Virus record (IMG/VR): IMGVR_UViG_3300021357_000005 | Location: 1-37,393 of that record | Strand: one strand, 5' to 3' | DNA: 37,393 nt | DNA from: a virus | Lineage: Duplodnaviria > Caudoviricetes | Shown here: one piece after another, positions 9,494 to 18,128 of the stretch | Position numbering within the stretch: the first letter of the stretch is position 1 | How the letters are laid out: each line of letters begins with the position of its first letter | Program-made: the position numbers and the translations under genes | Notes under the pieces: model-generated | The model's input: only the letters and a program-made list of their open reading frames with translations | What the model was told of the DNA's origin: nothing | Databases searched by the model: none

Positions 9494-9886
9494 TTATTTA
9501 TTTCGTTTAACAAAGTAAACTTTGCCATCTAACGCAGTTTTTGCTTCAGTAACAATAGTTAGTCCATCATTTAAGCGTAATTCGTTCACTGTTCCGAAAT
9601 ACACCAATGTTCCGTTTCCAACAGTTGACCCGATATCAAAAACAACATCGTGTAACAAGACTCCGACAGTTTTACTTCCATTTCCTGCATCATTTGTTAC
9701 TTTTAGTAGCGCTTGCTCATTTGCAAAAGGATCAGCATTACCTACGGGCGTTCCAGCAGGAATGTATTTTTTCCCTTCGCCATTTGTTGCCGTTACTCCT
9801 GTACCATCAACAACAACCGACAAACTTTTATAATTGTTAACGTCGGCTAAGATTTGATTTTTAGAACCGAATACTCGTTTCTCCAT
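9494..9886 (-). CDS. Head decoration protein
   Basis: GKKYIPAGTPV...GVLLHDV; located between scaffold and capsid genes. Confidence 0.65.
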   Translation of the reverse strand: MEKRVFGSKNQILADVNNYKSLSVVVDGTGVTATNGEGKKYIPAGTPVGNADPFANEQALLKVTNDAGNGSKTVGVLLHDVVFDIGSTVGNGTLVYFGTVNELRLNDGLTIVTEAKTALDGKVYFVKRNK

Positions 9887-9898
9887 GTTTTATTCCTC

Positions 9899-10547
9899 CT
9901 AATTTTTGAAGTAAGTGCTTTTCTTTGTTTCTGTTTTGGTTCGTTGCGCCAACCTTTTACCATAATCTCCGACGACACCATCTTTACTTGAACCGTCCAG
10001 TGGGATTCTTCCACCCAATCGTTTTTCTAAATCAGCTTTTATTGATTCCCGTTCCAATTCAATGGCCGCTAGATACGTTTTTACATTGCTTGAGGTCGTT
10101 TCTGCATCTTCTGACACAACTAGACTAAGAACTTCTTTGGTAGGCGTAGCGCCTTTGTGTGATAGCATTTCACTAGCTTGTTCCGACATCTTGGATAGCA
10201 CTTCTTTACGTTCGAATTCAGCAATCCGAGCATCTTTCTTCGCCAATTCGTGTTGAATTCTTCTCTTCGGCTGTCATTTCGGCATACTTAGCAGCTTCGT
10301 TTTTCTCTGCTTCAGCTTCTTTTTGCCATCTAGACTTCTTACTTTTTACGATTGAATCAACATCTTTGTCGTCTTTGAAACCATACTTTTCTTTGATGAG
10401 CGCCAATTGTTCCTCATTCAATTCTTCAACGTTTAATTCAGGTGGAGTTGCTTCTCCCGGGTCGCCTTCTCCGTCTGGATCGGCAAAGAATTGTAGCTTC
10501 ATCGGCATAAGAAATTTATTTTTCATCAATAATTTATCTTTCATCAA
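9899..10547 (-). pseudogene. Capsid scaffolding protein (DUF4355-like), split by a 1-nt frameshift near 10258
   Basis: The N-part (MPMKLQFFAD...AEMTAEEK) and C-part (IQHELAKKDARIAEFERKE) join cleanly if one A is removed from GAG AAG A ATT CAA. May be a sequencing error. Confidence 0.75.
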
Positions 10548-10648
10548 ATATTTCTCCTTCCATATCTTTTAACGTGGATAAATGCTTGCACTTTCCATAG
10601 CTTTTAAAGTCATCAATGCTTGGACAAAAACAAAAAGCCTGACGTTTG

Positions 10649-10912
10649 CTAAACTTTAATACACTTGTTTTCCCATTTTTTATATGCATCAAGGTACACT
10701 TCTGATTTATCTCCGTTATAGGTCAATTCATAATACATACCATCCGAAACCGTTGTGCTAAGTAAAGCTTTATTATTCTGTAGTGTTTTACAGCTCCAAA
10801 CAACAAAAACATCTTCTTCGGTTATTTGAACCTGATCTGTCTTCTCGAAATTCTCATTAGCATAAGCAATAACAGCTTCTTTACAGATATCAATGAACTT
10901 CTTACTATCCAT
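10649..10912 (-). CDS. Conserved small phage protein (DUF6275-like)
   Basis: VFVVWSCKTLQNNKALLST...DGMYYELTYNGDK.E.YLDAYKKWEN motif. Confidence 0.7.
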   Translation of the reverse strand: MDSKKFIDICKEAVIAYANENFEKTDQVQITEEDVFVVWSCKTLQNNKALLSTTVSDGMYYELTYNGDKSEVYLDAYKKWENKCIKV

Positions 10913-11034
10913 GATTATTCCTCCGCGGTTACGCCGCTACCCGGTAATTTAACTAGTTACGCCAGTCAGTCGGTACAGCTTTCTCTTTAGCGCCTGTAAG
11001 CAGTAAGTAGGCATACTTTTTAAAAACCAAAAGT

Positions 11035-11211
11035 TTATTTCATATTTTGATATACTTGTACAATGCCCAAAAAAAGCAATGTGAATTGAAGAGCTCCAAA
11101 GAGTACCATCCCAAGCAAGCATGCAACTGGATCTGTTTCTGTGAATACTTTTGCGCGAATGTACTTATAAATGACCATAGATAAAATAATCATCAGTAAT
11201 CCCTGTGGCAT
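11035..11211 (-). CDS. Small two-TM membrane protein
   Basis: AGGAG RBS before ATG 11211; two hydrophobic stretches. Confidence 0.55.
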   Translation of the reverse strand: MPQGLLMIILSMVIYKYIRAKVFTETDPVACLLGMVLFGALQFTLLFLGIVQVYQNMK

Positions 11212-11230
11212 TTGTCTCCTCCTATGCATA

Positions 11231-11262
11231 ATAAAAAGCCGTTAGCGAATGGACTAGCGACT
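11231..11262 (-). terminator. Intrinsic terminator
   Basis: Minus strand AGTCGCTAG-TCCATTCG-CTAACGGCT followed by TTTTATT; imperfect stem. Confidence 0.5.
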
Positions 11263-11430
11263 TTAAATGACTTTGATATATTTGCTATTGTTTTCTTCGA
11301 AATCTCGAATAAACCACCAAAATGTATCTTCTGCTAATTCTTCATTGAACAAACTTAGAAACTTAATCTTGAAAGAATACCAATAGAAAGGAAATTTGAG
11401 TTTAATTTTTAGCGTGAATGTTTTCGGCAT
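11263..11430 (-). CDS. Hypothetical protein
   Basis: AAGGAG RBS before MPKTFTLK at 11430. Confidence 0.55.
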   Translation of the reverse strand: MPKTFTLKIKLKFPFYWYSFKIKFLSLFNEELAEDTFWWFIRDFEENNSKYIKVI

Positions 11431-11440
11431 AGCGCTCTCC

Positions 11441-11758
11441 TTATTCAATAATCTTCTTATAAACAACCTTCGCACCCATCCGCTCATACCAGCTAGTCAT
11501 TTCTAAAAGGTTAGGCAATGTGTGCGAAATAATTGAAATGGTTAATTGATCTTTAGTAGTTCCTTCTGCAACATTTACAGATGCATAATTGCCATTCCAC
11601 ACCGGTTTTAACTCATTACTAATCAATTCTTTATTACTGTTGTAGATTGGATTCTGTTTCCATTGAGTACTATTTTCAGTTTCAATGGCTTTTTTATAAG
11701 CTTTTCCCAACCCTTTTTGAACTTCGATGGTTAAAATGACTTCGTTAAAATCTTTCAT
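11441..11758 (-). CDS. Hypothetical protein
   Basis: 105-aa ORF coupled (TAATG) to the upstream gene. Confidence 0.65.
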   Translation of the reverse strand: MKDFNEVILTIEVQKGLGKAYKKAIETENSTQWKQNPIYNSNKELISNELKPVWNGNYASVNVAEGTTKDQLTISIISHTLPNLLEMTSWYERMGAKVVYKKIIE

Positions 11759-12072
11759 TACTTTCTCTCCTGTTCTGGAAATTCATTTTGACTGGTTAGA
11801 ACTAGTCTCGAACTATCCAAGTTAAGCTCTCTAACTTCTGTTAGCAATCGCGGCGTCATAAACCCCTCAATGTTATCTCTTTGAAAAACAAAGTCCAGCG
11901 CCTCTTGCTCATTTTCAGCAACAACTATTGCTGACGTAGGTGCCTCCCAAATATCTGTACCCTCATCCGCGAATTTGGAATCTCCCCAAACTAAAAAGAC
12001 TTTCAATATTTGAACTGACTTATTTCTAGAATGGCTTCTTTTCTTATTTAAATATCTTGGTCGGTAAACCAT
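11758..12072 (-). CDS. Hypothetical protein
   Basis: Likely start MVYRPRY at 12072, directly after the minor head gene. Confidence 0.6.
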   Translation of the reverse strand: MVYRPRYLNKKRSHSRNKSVQILKVFLVWGDSKFADEGTDIWEAPTSAIVVAENEQEALDFVFQRDNIEGFMTPRLLTEVRELNLDSSRLVLTSQNEFPEQERK

Positions 12073-12073
12073 C

Positions 12074-13000
12074 TTACACCCCTCTTTCCTTAAATGACTT
12101 CTCAACTTTCACGCGATCTACATATGGCGCGGTTGAACACCTACAATTTGCATGCATCGGGCTAGCATTTTGACCTGGAGATAAATCTTCGACCTTAAAT
12201 ATCTTTCCGTTCAATGGTAAACAGACAAGGCACGCTGTCGGTTCTGCAATATACTCGTATTCTTCGATGCCGTACTTTTTATAACTTTGATTCTGTATCT
12301 CAGTCTGAACCCTTGCCGATTCTGTGCGCATCAACCGCTCAGCTTCGTACTTACTAGAATCAAATAGATTACGTAGTTTTCTAGCCATGTCACGTGGGTT
12401 CTTACCTTGCGTAACCGTTTGGACTAACAATTTATCTAACTCAGCTTTAAACGCCTCCATGTTGCCCCAGATACGTTCAGAAAACGTCGCAGAATGAAAA
12501 GAACCATTTACGACAGCCTCTACAAAATCTTTGTAGCCATCGAAAATGGTTTCACCTAATATGCCAGCTTGTCTTTTAGCTTCAGCAATACCTTCATTTG
12601 TAAGCAAGTCAGCAGTGTACTTATCAAGATCATCAGATAAAGCGATCAATTCAAGTCCTATTTGTGACTTCAATAATTCAAGTCGATTAACTCTCATTGT
12701 AACATTGTAAAGACGTAGCTCCTCGTTTGCTGTCTTAGAAAAATCTTTAGCCTTAACATATCGTTTGGCTTTTCTGGCAAAGGCTTTAACGTCCATCTCC
12801 ATTGAAACCTTTTTAGCTTCAGAAAGCGATACACCTTCTTTACCAGCAAAACGTTGCCAATTCGCGTCGATTTCTTTGTTGATATTGTCAATTGCTACTT
12901 GAAACCGATCAGCGATAGCTTTCTTCATTTGCTTTTCGTCTTTGATGGTTTGGGCGATATGTTGTTCTTCGCGTTTGCGCCAGTAATCAGAGGACTTCAT
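12074..13000 (-). CDS. Minor head protein (SPP1 gp7 / Mu F family)
   Basis: FSERIW, AERLMRTE.ARV, C..C..L.G...PMHANCRCS. Confidence 0.9.
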   Translation of the reverse strand: MKSSDYWRKREEQHIAQTIKDEKQMKKAIADRFQVAIDNINKEIDANWQRFAGKEGVSLSEAKKVSMEMDVKAFARKAKRYVKAKDFSKTANEELRLYNVTMRVNRLELLKSQIGLELIALSDDLDKYTADLLTNEGIAEAKRQAGILGETIFDGYKDFVEAVVNGSFHSATFSERIWGNMEAFKAELDKLLVQTVTQGKNPRDMARKLRNLFDSSKYEAERLMRTESARVQTEIQNQSYKKYGIEEYEYIAEPTACLVCLPLNGKIFKVEDLSPGQNASPMHANCRCSTAPYVDRVKVEKSFKERGV

Positions 13001-13004
13001 TCAT

Positions 13005-14627
13005 TCACTCCTCACTGGTTTTATCTTCATTAGTTTGTTCCTTAGAATCGTCACTATCTGAGAACTCATAATCTAAAACTGGCACATTTGGTTTTTCTTT
13101 ATTCACACGTTTGAGCTCTTCTTCAGCAGACACACCGGTTAGTCGTTCAGCCATTTCACATAAAGTCTCTTCTGAAACAATTCCAAGCATTCCTTTGATT
13201 ACATTCATAATCTCTTCATCCGATTGCGGAACATTCGGTGTAAATAGAATTTGGATATCATTTACTTTGTTGTAAAGATCCTCTTGTTTTTTATCATCCG
13301 AAACAAAAAAAGCTTTGACATTTTCTATCAAGCCTTGTGGTTTATTCAAATCATCTTTGATGCTCCACGAGTGTGTAAGTAACCGTAAACGCCGCATAAT
13401 AGCTTTCTTAACCATACGTTCTTTGTTCTTGCGGTCATTGTCCGATCCCCAACCTTTGAAACGAAAACCGATTCCTGATTGGTTAGATCCGATGTTCTCA
13501 TCTGTGAAGTCAATCAAAGACGTAAAACGCAAGATGTCAGCAACCGTTCGACTATCGTTGGCTTCCATACCTGCAACATCGTACTCTTTTTTCAAATAGT
13601 AGGCGTCAGGCGTGTCACCTAATTTGCCTTCGCCGTAATCTTTTTTATCACCTAAAACAAGCATTCTCGCTTGCATCATAGCTTGGAATACTGCTAGCTT
13701 GCTGTTGTCGCCTTCTTGGTCGTCTGCTGTGTCAGGGTTCCCTTTAATCACCAAGTAGGCTTCCGATGAATCTTGTTGGAAGTTAGCCATCTCTGATCGT
13801 GATAGGTCGTATGCATCGATTGAATCAAGCACACGCTCAAAATCGCTTAAGCGTTCCTCGTTATTTATCCATTCGTTTACTTGGACAGAATCAAAGTAAC
13901 TTTCTTCTTTTCCATCTTCTTCAATTGCTGCATTTTCTATATCGGTACCATCTGCTACAAGATAGTAATTAAATCCACTGTTCGTATAAAGCTCTACGCG
14001 GGTCCATTTATCATTTAAAAATTCTTCTTCATAATAATGAACTGCACAAATAGAATTTTTGTTCTTTGTATTGTCGTAAATCACAAAGGTTTGTTCTGCG
14101 TCAAACTTGGCAATAGTTTCCTTGCCATACTCATCTCTGCCAATCCATTCGTAAGCTCTACCTAGACCGAACATATCTCTGCCCATCAGTTGATTATGGT
14201 AGTCTTCGTTCGATTGACTTGCAAACTCGTTGATTCGGGCTGATATGTTCTTTTCACCAGTATATTTAAGCTGGTTACCTAACAGAACCCCAAGTTTAAA
14301 TGACACGATGAAATTTGGGAAATCGCTTGCGATCCGATTATCTGCTCGTCCTTCCGGTTTTTCTGATCGATAATTAATATTCCCGTCACCTAACAAGTAT
14401 CTTTTCAACTGTTTAAGCCTTGGAACCTGCTTTTCTTTGTGGTGATTGATGAATTCGACAATCAACTTCCAAACCTCTTTACTCTCGAAGTCAATCATTT
14501 GTTCAATTTGACCGGTTCGTTGGTTAAGTACTTGGATATGAGGCAACCTGGAAACTGGTATTTTATAAATTAGATTCGCTTCTTTATCAAACCGTTGTCC
14601 ATCTAACAATTTAACATTTTGTTCCAC
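13005..14627 (-). CDS. Portal protein (SPP1 gp6-like)
   Basis: RADNRIASDF, NNEERLSDFE.V...IDAYD, DFTDE..GSNQSG, RRLRL. Confidence 0.9.
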   Translation of the reverse strand: MEQNVKLLDGQRFDKEANLIYKIPVSRLPHIQVLNQRTGQIEQMIDFESKEVWKLIVEFINHHKEKQVPRLKQLKRYLLGDGNINYRSEKPEGRADNRIASDFPNFIVSFKLGVLLGNQLKYTGEKNISARINEFASQSNEDYHNQLMGRDMFGLGRAYEWIGRDEYGKETIAKFDAEQTFVIYDNTKNKNSICAVHYYEEEFLNDKWTRVELYTNSGFNYYLVADGTDIENAAIEEDGKEESYFDSVQVNEWINNEERLSDFERVLDSIDAYDLSRSEMANFQQDSSEAYLVIKGNPDTADDQEGDNSKLAVFQAMMQARMLVLGDKKDYGEGKLGDTPDAYYLKKEYDVAGMEANDSRTVADILRFTSLIDFTDENIGSNQSGIGFRFKGWGSDNDRKNKERMVKKAIMRRLRLLTHSWSIKDDLNKPQGLIENVKAFFVSDDKKQEDLYNKVNDIQILFTPNVPQSDEEIMNVIKGMLGIVSEETLCEMAERLTGVSAEEELKRVNKEKPNVPVLDYEFSDSDDSKEQTNEDKTSEE

Positions 14628-14637
14628 TGTATCACCT

Positions 14638-16053
14638 CTACAATCCTAATTTTTTGAATGCGTTTATTGTCTTTTTGACATTTACTTTTTCTTTAACATT
14701 CATGCTCATCGTTTCAGCAACCCCTGTCGTTGCATCTGGTGCGTCATCGTGTTTGTTTTTCCCTTCGCGCTGATAAGTGGTCATAGCGGAATAGTATTCA
14801 GGCCATTTGGTGCGCCAATCTTCTGGGAAATAAACATTTTGTTCGATCCACGCGGTATTCGAGTATATCCGGGCTTCTTTGTTCGCTGATTGGTAGAAAT
14901 CATCAATAGCAACTGGACACTTACCTTTTATCTTTTCTCTAACAGAACGCGCAAAAGAACGCCCACCGTTATTTCTCTCGATGCGCGCTTGGTTCACTTT
15001 ATTATTGATGTACTGATTTGAAACAGCGGACTCTGTGTATTCCATCGGTTCTTGGGTATAGATCACATCTAGCACTTCACAACGTCCATCAGATGTCTCG
15101 CCCCAAACAATCGAACAGAGGTAATCTTTCCCGGTATCTGCCGTATCACAATACGACCATATCTTTTTGTATTCAGATCGTTGATCGTAAGTCTTAAGGT
15201 TTTGATATAAACGACCTTTAATATCGATTGGGGTTTGTTGATAATTGGCGGCTGCTATATCCGCGCCCATTGTTTTTACTTTCCGCTGATATTCTTTCAA
15301 GGAAAGGATATCCTCACTAAGCATTTCGCCGGTTTTCTCGTTGTAGGCCTGCATATTGACATGCTTTACTCGATAGCCTGAGTTAGGCAATTCGCGTAAA
15401 GCTCGCCCTGCCAAATCCTCGCTATGCCAGCGAGTCATAATGATGATGATTTTACCTCCCGTTTCCAACCGAGATAGCATTGTATTGACAAACCAGTCCC
15501 AATGCTTTTCTAATACCATTGCATTGTTTGCCTCTTCAGCATTCTTGATTAAGTCATCAATAATAATGATATCCGCACCAAAGCCTGTAGCTGTCCCTGT
15601 AGGAGAAGTTGCTAAATAGTTGTTATAACCATTAGTTAGGCTCCACAGATTCATAGCTCCATCCCCTTGTTTGATCGAAACGCCTGGAAAAACATCACTA
15701 AAGATAATTCTATTTTTGTCTGCTTTAATTTCTTGTATAGCATTTCTAACACCTTTAGAAAAAGTGGTTGATAGAGTTTCGTTGTAAGATCCGGTCATAA
15801 TCTTTTTAGATTGATTGTTACCTAAAACCCACTCAACAAACTTACCGCCCGTTCTCGATTTACCATGACGAGGAGGCTCGTTTATTACCAATACATCATG
15901 TTCATCATCAGATAGAAAACTTTGAAGTTCGTTACATAAGTCTTTCAAAAATGTTCTACCAGATTTGTAGAATGTTCCTGCCGTTGTCTGACAATAATCC
16001 CAAAAGAAACGACGCGACAGCTCTGTTGTAGCACCGATAGCAATTCTATCCAC
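14638..16053 (-). CDS. terL: Terminase large subunit
   Basis: Walker A PPRHGKS, Walker B IIIIDD, MTRWH.EDLAG, nuclease HDDAPDA. Confidence 0.95.
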   Translation of the reverse strand: MDRIAIGATTELSRRFFWDYCQTTAGTFYKSGRTFLKDLCNELQSFLSDDEHDVLVINEPPRHGKSRTGGKFVEWVLGNNQSKKIMTGSYNETLSTTFSKGVRNAIQEIKADKNRIIFSDVFPGVSIKQGDGAMNLWSLTNGYNNYLATSPTGTATGFGADIIIIDDLIKNAEEANNAMVLEKHWDWFVNTMLSRLETGGKIIIIMTRWHSEDLAGRALRELPNSGYRVKHVNMQAYNEKTGEMLSEDILSLKEYQRKVKTMGADIAAANYQQTPIDIKGRLYQNLKTYDQRSEYKKIWSYCDTADTGKDYLCSIVWGETSDGRCEVLDVIYTQEPMEYTESAVSNQYINNKVNQARIERNNGGRSFARSVREKIKGKCPVAIDDFYQSANKEARIYSNTAWIEQNVYFPEDWRTKWPEYYSAMTTYQREGKNKHDDAPDATTGVAETMSMNVKEKVNVKKTINAFKKLGL

Positions 16054-16447
16054 TTCTATCAGCCAGCTTTCTAAGCTCTTCTTCTGTCAAACCAGCAAAG
16101 GGATTATTTACTTCTAGTCCACCGGATATTTCAGTTTCTTTTTTGTCCACGTACAATCCAGCCATAGTAAGCAAGACCTTTCTGTCTTGATGGCCTTTAG
16201 CTGTGAGAGAATATTTATAAGTGGCATTCAAAACGTCGCCGATTTTACCTTTAATCAAATCCTGTGTAGTATCGGCAACTAACGACTGAAATTCTTTCTT
16301 TTTCATAGCGTCATAATACTTATTTCTACTTACTTCAGCGAGATTACACAACTCAGTGACGTTTTTCCCCAAATGCTCAGGATTAATCAATATTTCTAAT
16401 AGTCTTTTCTCTGCTGCTGTCGGCTTGTATTTGTCCTTTTCTGTCAT
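16046..16447 (-). CDS. terS: Terminase small subunit (HTH)
   Basis: HTH VTELCNLAEVSRNKYY; C-terminus VNNPFAGLTEEELRKLA; overlaps the terL start. Confidence 0.8.
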   Translation of the reverse strand: MTEKDKYKPTAAEKRLLEILINPEHLGKNVTELCNLAEVSRNKYYDAMKKKEFQSLVADTTQDLIKGKIGDVLNATYKYSLTAKGHQDRKVLLTMAGLYVDKKETEISGGLEVNNPFAGLTEEELRKLADRSG

Positions 16448-16464
16448 GCAATCTCACCACCTCT

Positions 16465-16689
16465 CTATATGTATTTGCTGATGTTTTCTTGTACATGTTC
16501 CTCTTTCCAATACCCGTACCCACAATAGACTAGCTTGCAATGATCAATCTCAACTGGTGTTGCTTCCCTGGTCATTTCTACGATCGAGTACTTCACCTTC
16601 ATCTGAACAGACATCACCACCCGTTTATGTTGACCTCTCATTGGTAAAGGATATTTATTGTTTAGTGACACATACCAATAGTTTCTCAT
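16465..16689 (-). CDS. Hypothetical protein
   Basis: 74-aa ORF coupled (ATGA) to the upstream gene. Confidence 0.65.
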   Translation of the reverse strand: MRNYWYVSLNNKYPLPMRGQHKRVVMSVQMKVKYSIVEMTREATPVEIDHCKLVYCGYGYWKEEHVQENISKYI

Positions 16690-16925
16690 GGCCTCTTGAT
16701 ATCTACACTAAGCTCAATACGAAAACAATCCTCAATCTCAGTGGTTGTTAAATCTAAGTCTTCGATGTCGTTCACATCAATCTGATTCATTAAAGAGAGA
16801 GCTTCATCCATAATCGCCTTTTGAATAAATGCCTTATCAACTTTTACTTCGAATTCTTTGTTCAAACCTGTAAGTCTAGCATTTACGATAACTCCGCCTT
16901 TAATTGTTCCAGTTTTAATCCCCAT
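16686..16925 (-). CDS. Hypothetical protein
   Basis: AAGGAG RBS, 79 aa. Confidence 0.6.
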   Translation of the reverse strand: MGIKTGTIKGGVIVNARLTGLNKEFEVKVDKAFIQKAIMDEALSLMNQIDVNDIEDLDLTTTEIEDCFRIELSVDIKRP

Positions 16926-16943
16926 TTAAATCAGCTCCTTATA

Positions 16944-16972
16944 TTGTCCTGTAAGCGTTACAATGATATAAT
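16944..16972 (+). promoter_or_regulatory. Sigma-A-type promoter facing against late transcription
   Basis: TTGTCC-N17-TATAAT with TG extension (TGATATAAT). Confidence 0.55.
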
Positions 16973-17130
16973 CCCTTCAGGGTAAATCCTTTAAAAGTTT
17001 GTTTTTCACTTGGTCATCGTGTAAACGATGGCCTATTTTTGTATTGAATGATCATTACAGAAATGATAAATATTTATGTACTTGTTACATTGAGGACTAT
17101 TGCGGAAACGGTAGCCCTCTTTTTTTGTGC

Positions 17131-17159
17131 AAAATAAAAACAGTCTCACGAGGAGACTG
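17131..17159 (-). terminator. Intrinsic terminator
   Basis: Minus strand CAGTCTC-CTCGT-GAGACTG followed by TTTTTATTTT. Confidence 0.75.
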
Positions 17160-17237
17160 CTATTTCTTTAACTTCTTTTTCAACTGTTCTAATTTTTCAA
17201 AGTCGGACTTCTTAATGATTTCGGATAATTTAAACAT
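17160..17237 (-). CDS. 25-aa basic peptide MFKLSEIIKKSDFEKLEQLKKKLKK
   Basis: Strong GAGGAGG RBS, clean ATG..TAG, terminator immediately after. Confidence 0.55.
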   Translation of the reverse strand: MFKLSEIIKKSDFEKLEQLKKKLKK

Positions 17238-17522
17238 TTTATTCCTCCTCAAAATAAAAAAACGTCTGAGCGATCTTTATTATGCATTAAGCAACCTACA
17301 CGAGCTTTCGCCATCCTACACCGCCTATCCTCGGTTGCTACACCATTAGTTTAAATTTCAGCTGGCACTAATGAGCCTACATCAATGCTCCCCTAACCTA
17401 CAACTGAGAGCGTCTCACGTCTGAGATAGTGTTTTATGCCTTTTAACTGAGTCCCAGCACGCTGGTAAATGCAGCCAATCAATCGGCATCCGATAAGATT
17501 GATTGTTTCCGTAGGTTCTTTA

Positions 17523-17596
17523 TTGACGTGACAGGTCTCGATCCTGCCCCTACTTCTGATAATGAAGTCGTTCTGTCCCTACTAAACTACACGTCA
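17523..17596 (-). tRNA. tRNA-like gene with anticodon TAT (Ile/AUA); atypical, possibly pseudo
   Basis: Cloverleaf by hand: acceptor TGACGTG/CACGTCA, D arm GTTT/GAAC, anticodon arm ACTTC-ATTATCA-GAAGT, T arm GCAGG-ATCGAGA-CCTGT, discriminator A, no encoded CCA; 74 nt. Confidence 0.65.
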
Positions 17597-17738
17597 ACTC
17601 GGAGGAGCTACCTCTAGTAAGCTTGCTACTATAACAGACTAATCGGTAAGACTGGCTTAAATCCTAGAGTCTGCTAGTTACCTTTATCAACTCGCTGACG
17701 ATGTTGATGTGGTTAATATTTAAGCTACCTTTCGTCTA

Positions 17739-17808
17739 AGTCACTGGCAAGGATTCGAACCTTGCAACACACGGGAGCGACCCGCTGAACCGCCTCATCA
17801 GCAGCGAC
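17739..17808 (-). ncRNA. Degenerate tRNA-like element
   Basis: GTCGCTG/CAGTGAC acceptor-like stem, canonical T arm GCAAGG-TTCGAAT-CCTTGC, D-like CTGA/TCAG; the anticodon arm is replaced by CGGG-TCGCT-CCCG. Confidence 0.5.
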
Positions 17809-18073
17809 ATAATAATAAGGCGGCACCTGAACTTTAAAGGAAACGAAGTCTTTCAACTCCATTCTCGTTTATTTTGTGCCGCCAGTGAGCTTCTAACTGC
17901 ACCTAAAAGCTCGTTATATACATTGTGCAGATGTTGCCTTCTCTGTTTCCGCGAAGTGGCAGTGTAGTCAAAAAGGTGATAACTTATCAAGCGAGACGTT
18001 GTATGTTTAAAATTCAGAAAGGAGAAACTTTCATGTCAGTAAAAGGTTGAATCGTCCGCTTGATAAATTATCT

Positions 18074-18126
18074 ACTATACCAGTTTAACCCCTATTGACA
18101 TGGCACAACTACATGTTTTTGTGCCA
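18074..18126 (-). promoter_or_regulatory. Putative late promoter with activator site
   Basis: Inverted repeat TGGCACAA-N10-TTGTGCCA (18101-18126) directly after the activator gene, then extended -10 TGGTATAGT (18074-18082) with no consensus -35. Confidence 0.6.
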
Positions 18127-18128
18127 AA

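Noticed and set aside
16999-17349. 116-aa plus-strand ORF
   Set aside because: No RBS, low-complexity composition, crosses several terminators and lies antisense to a peptide gene with a strong RBS.
17740-17888. tmRNA or functional tRNA-Ala(CGC)
   Set aside because: Too short for tmRNA, with no tag frame or CCA. A G3:U70 register is possible but needs a C:C mismatch and an abnormal anticodon arm.
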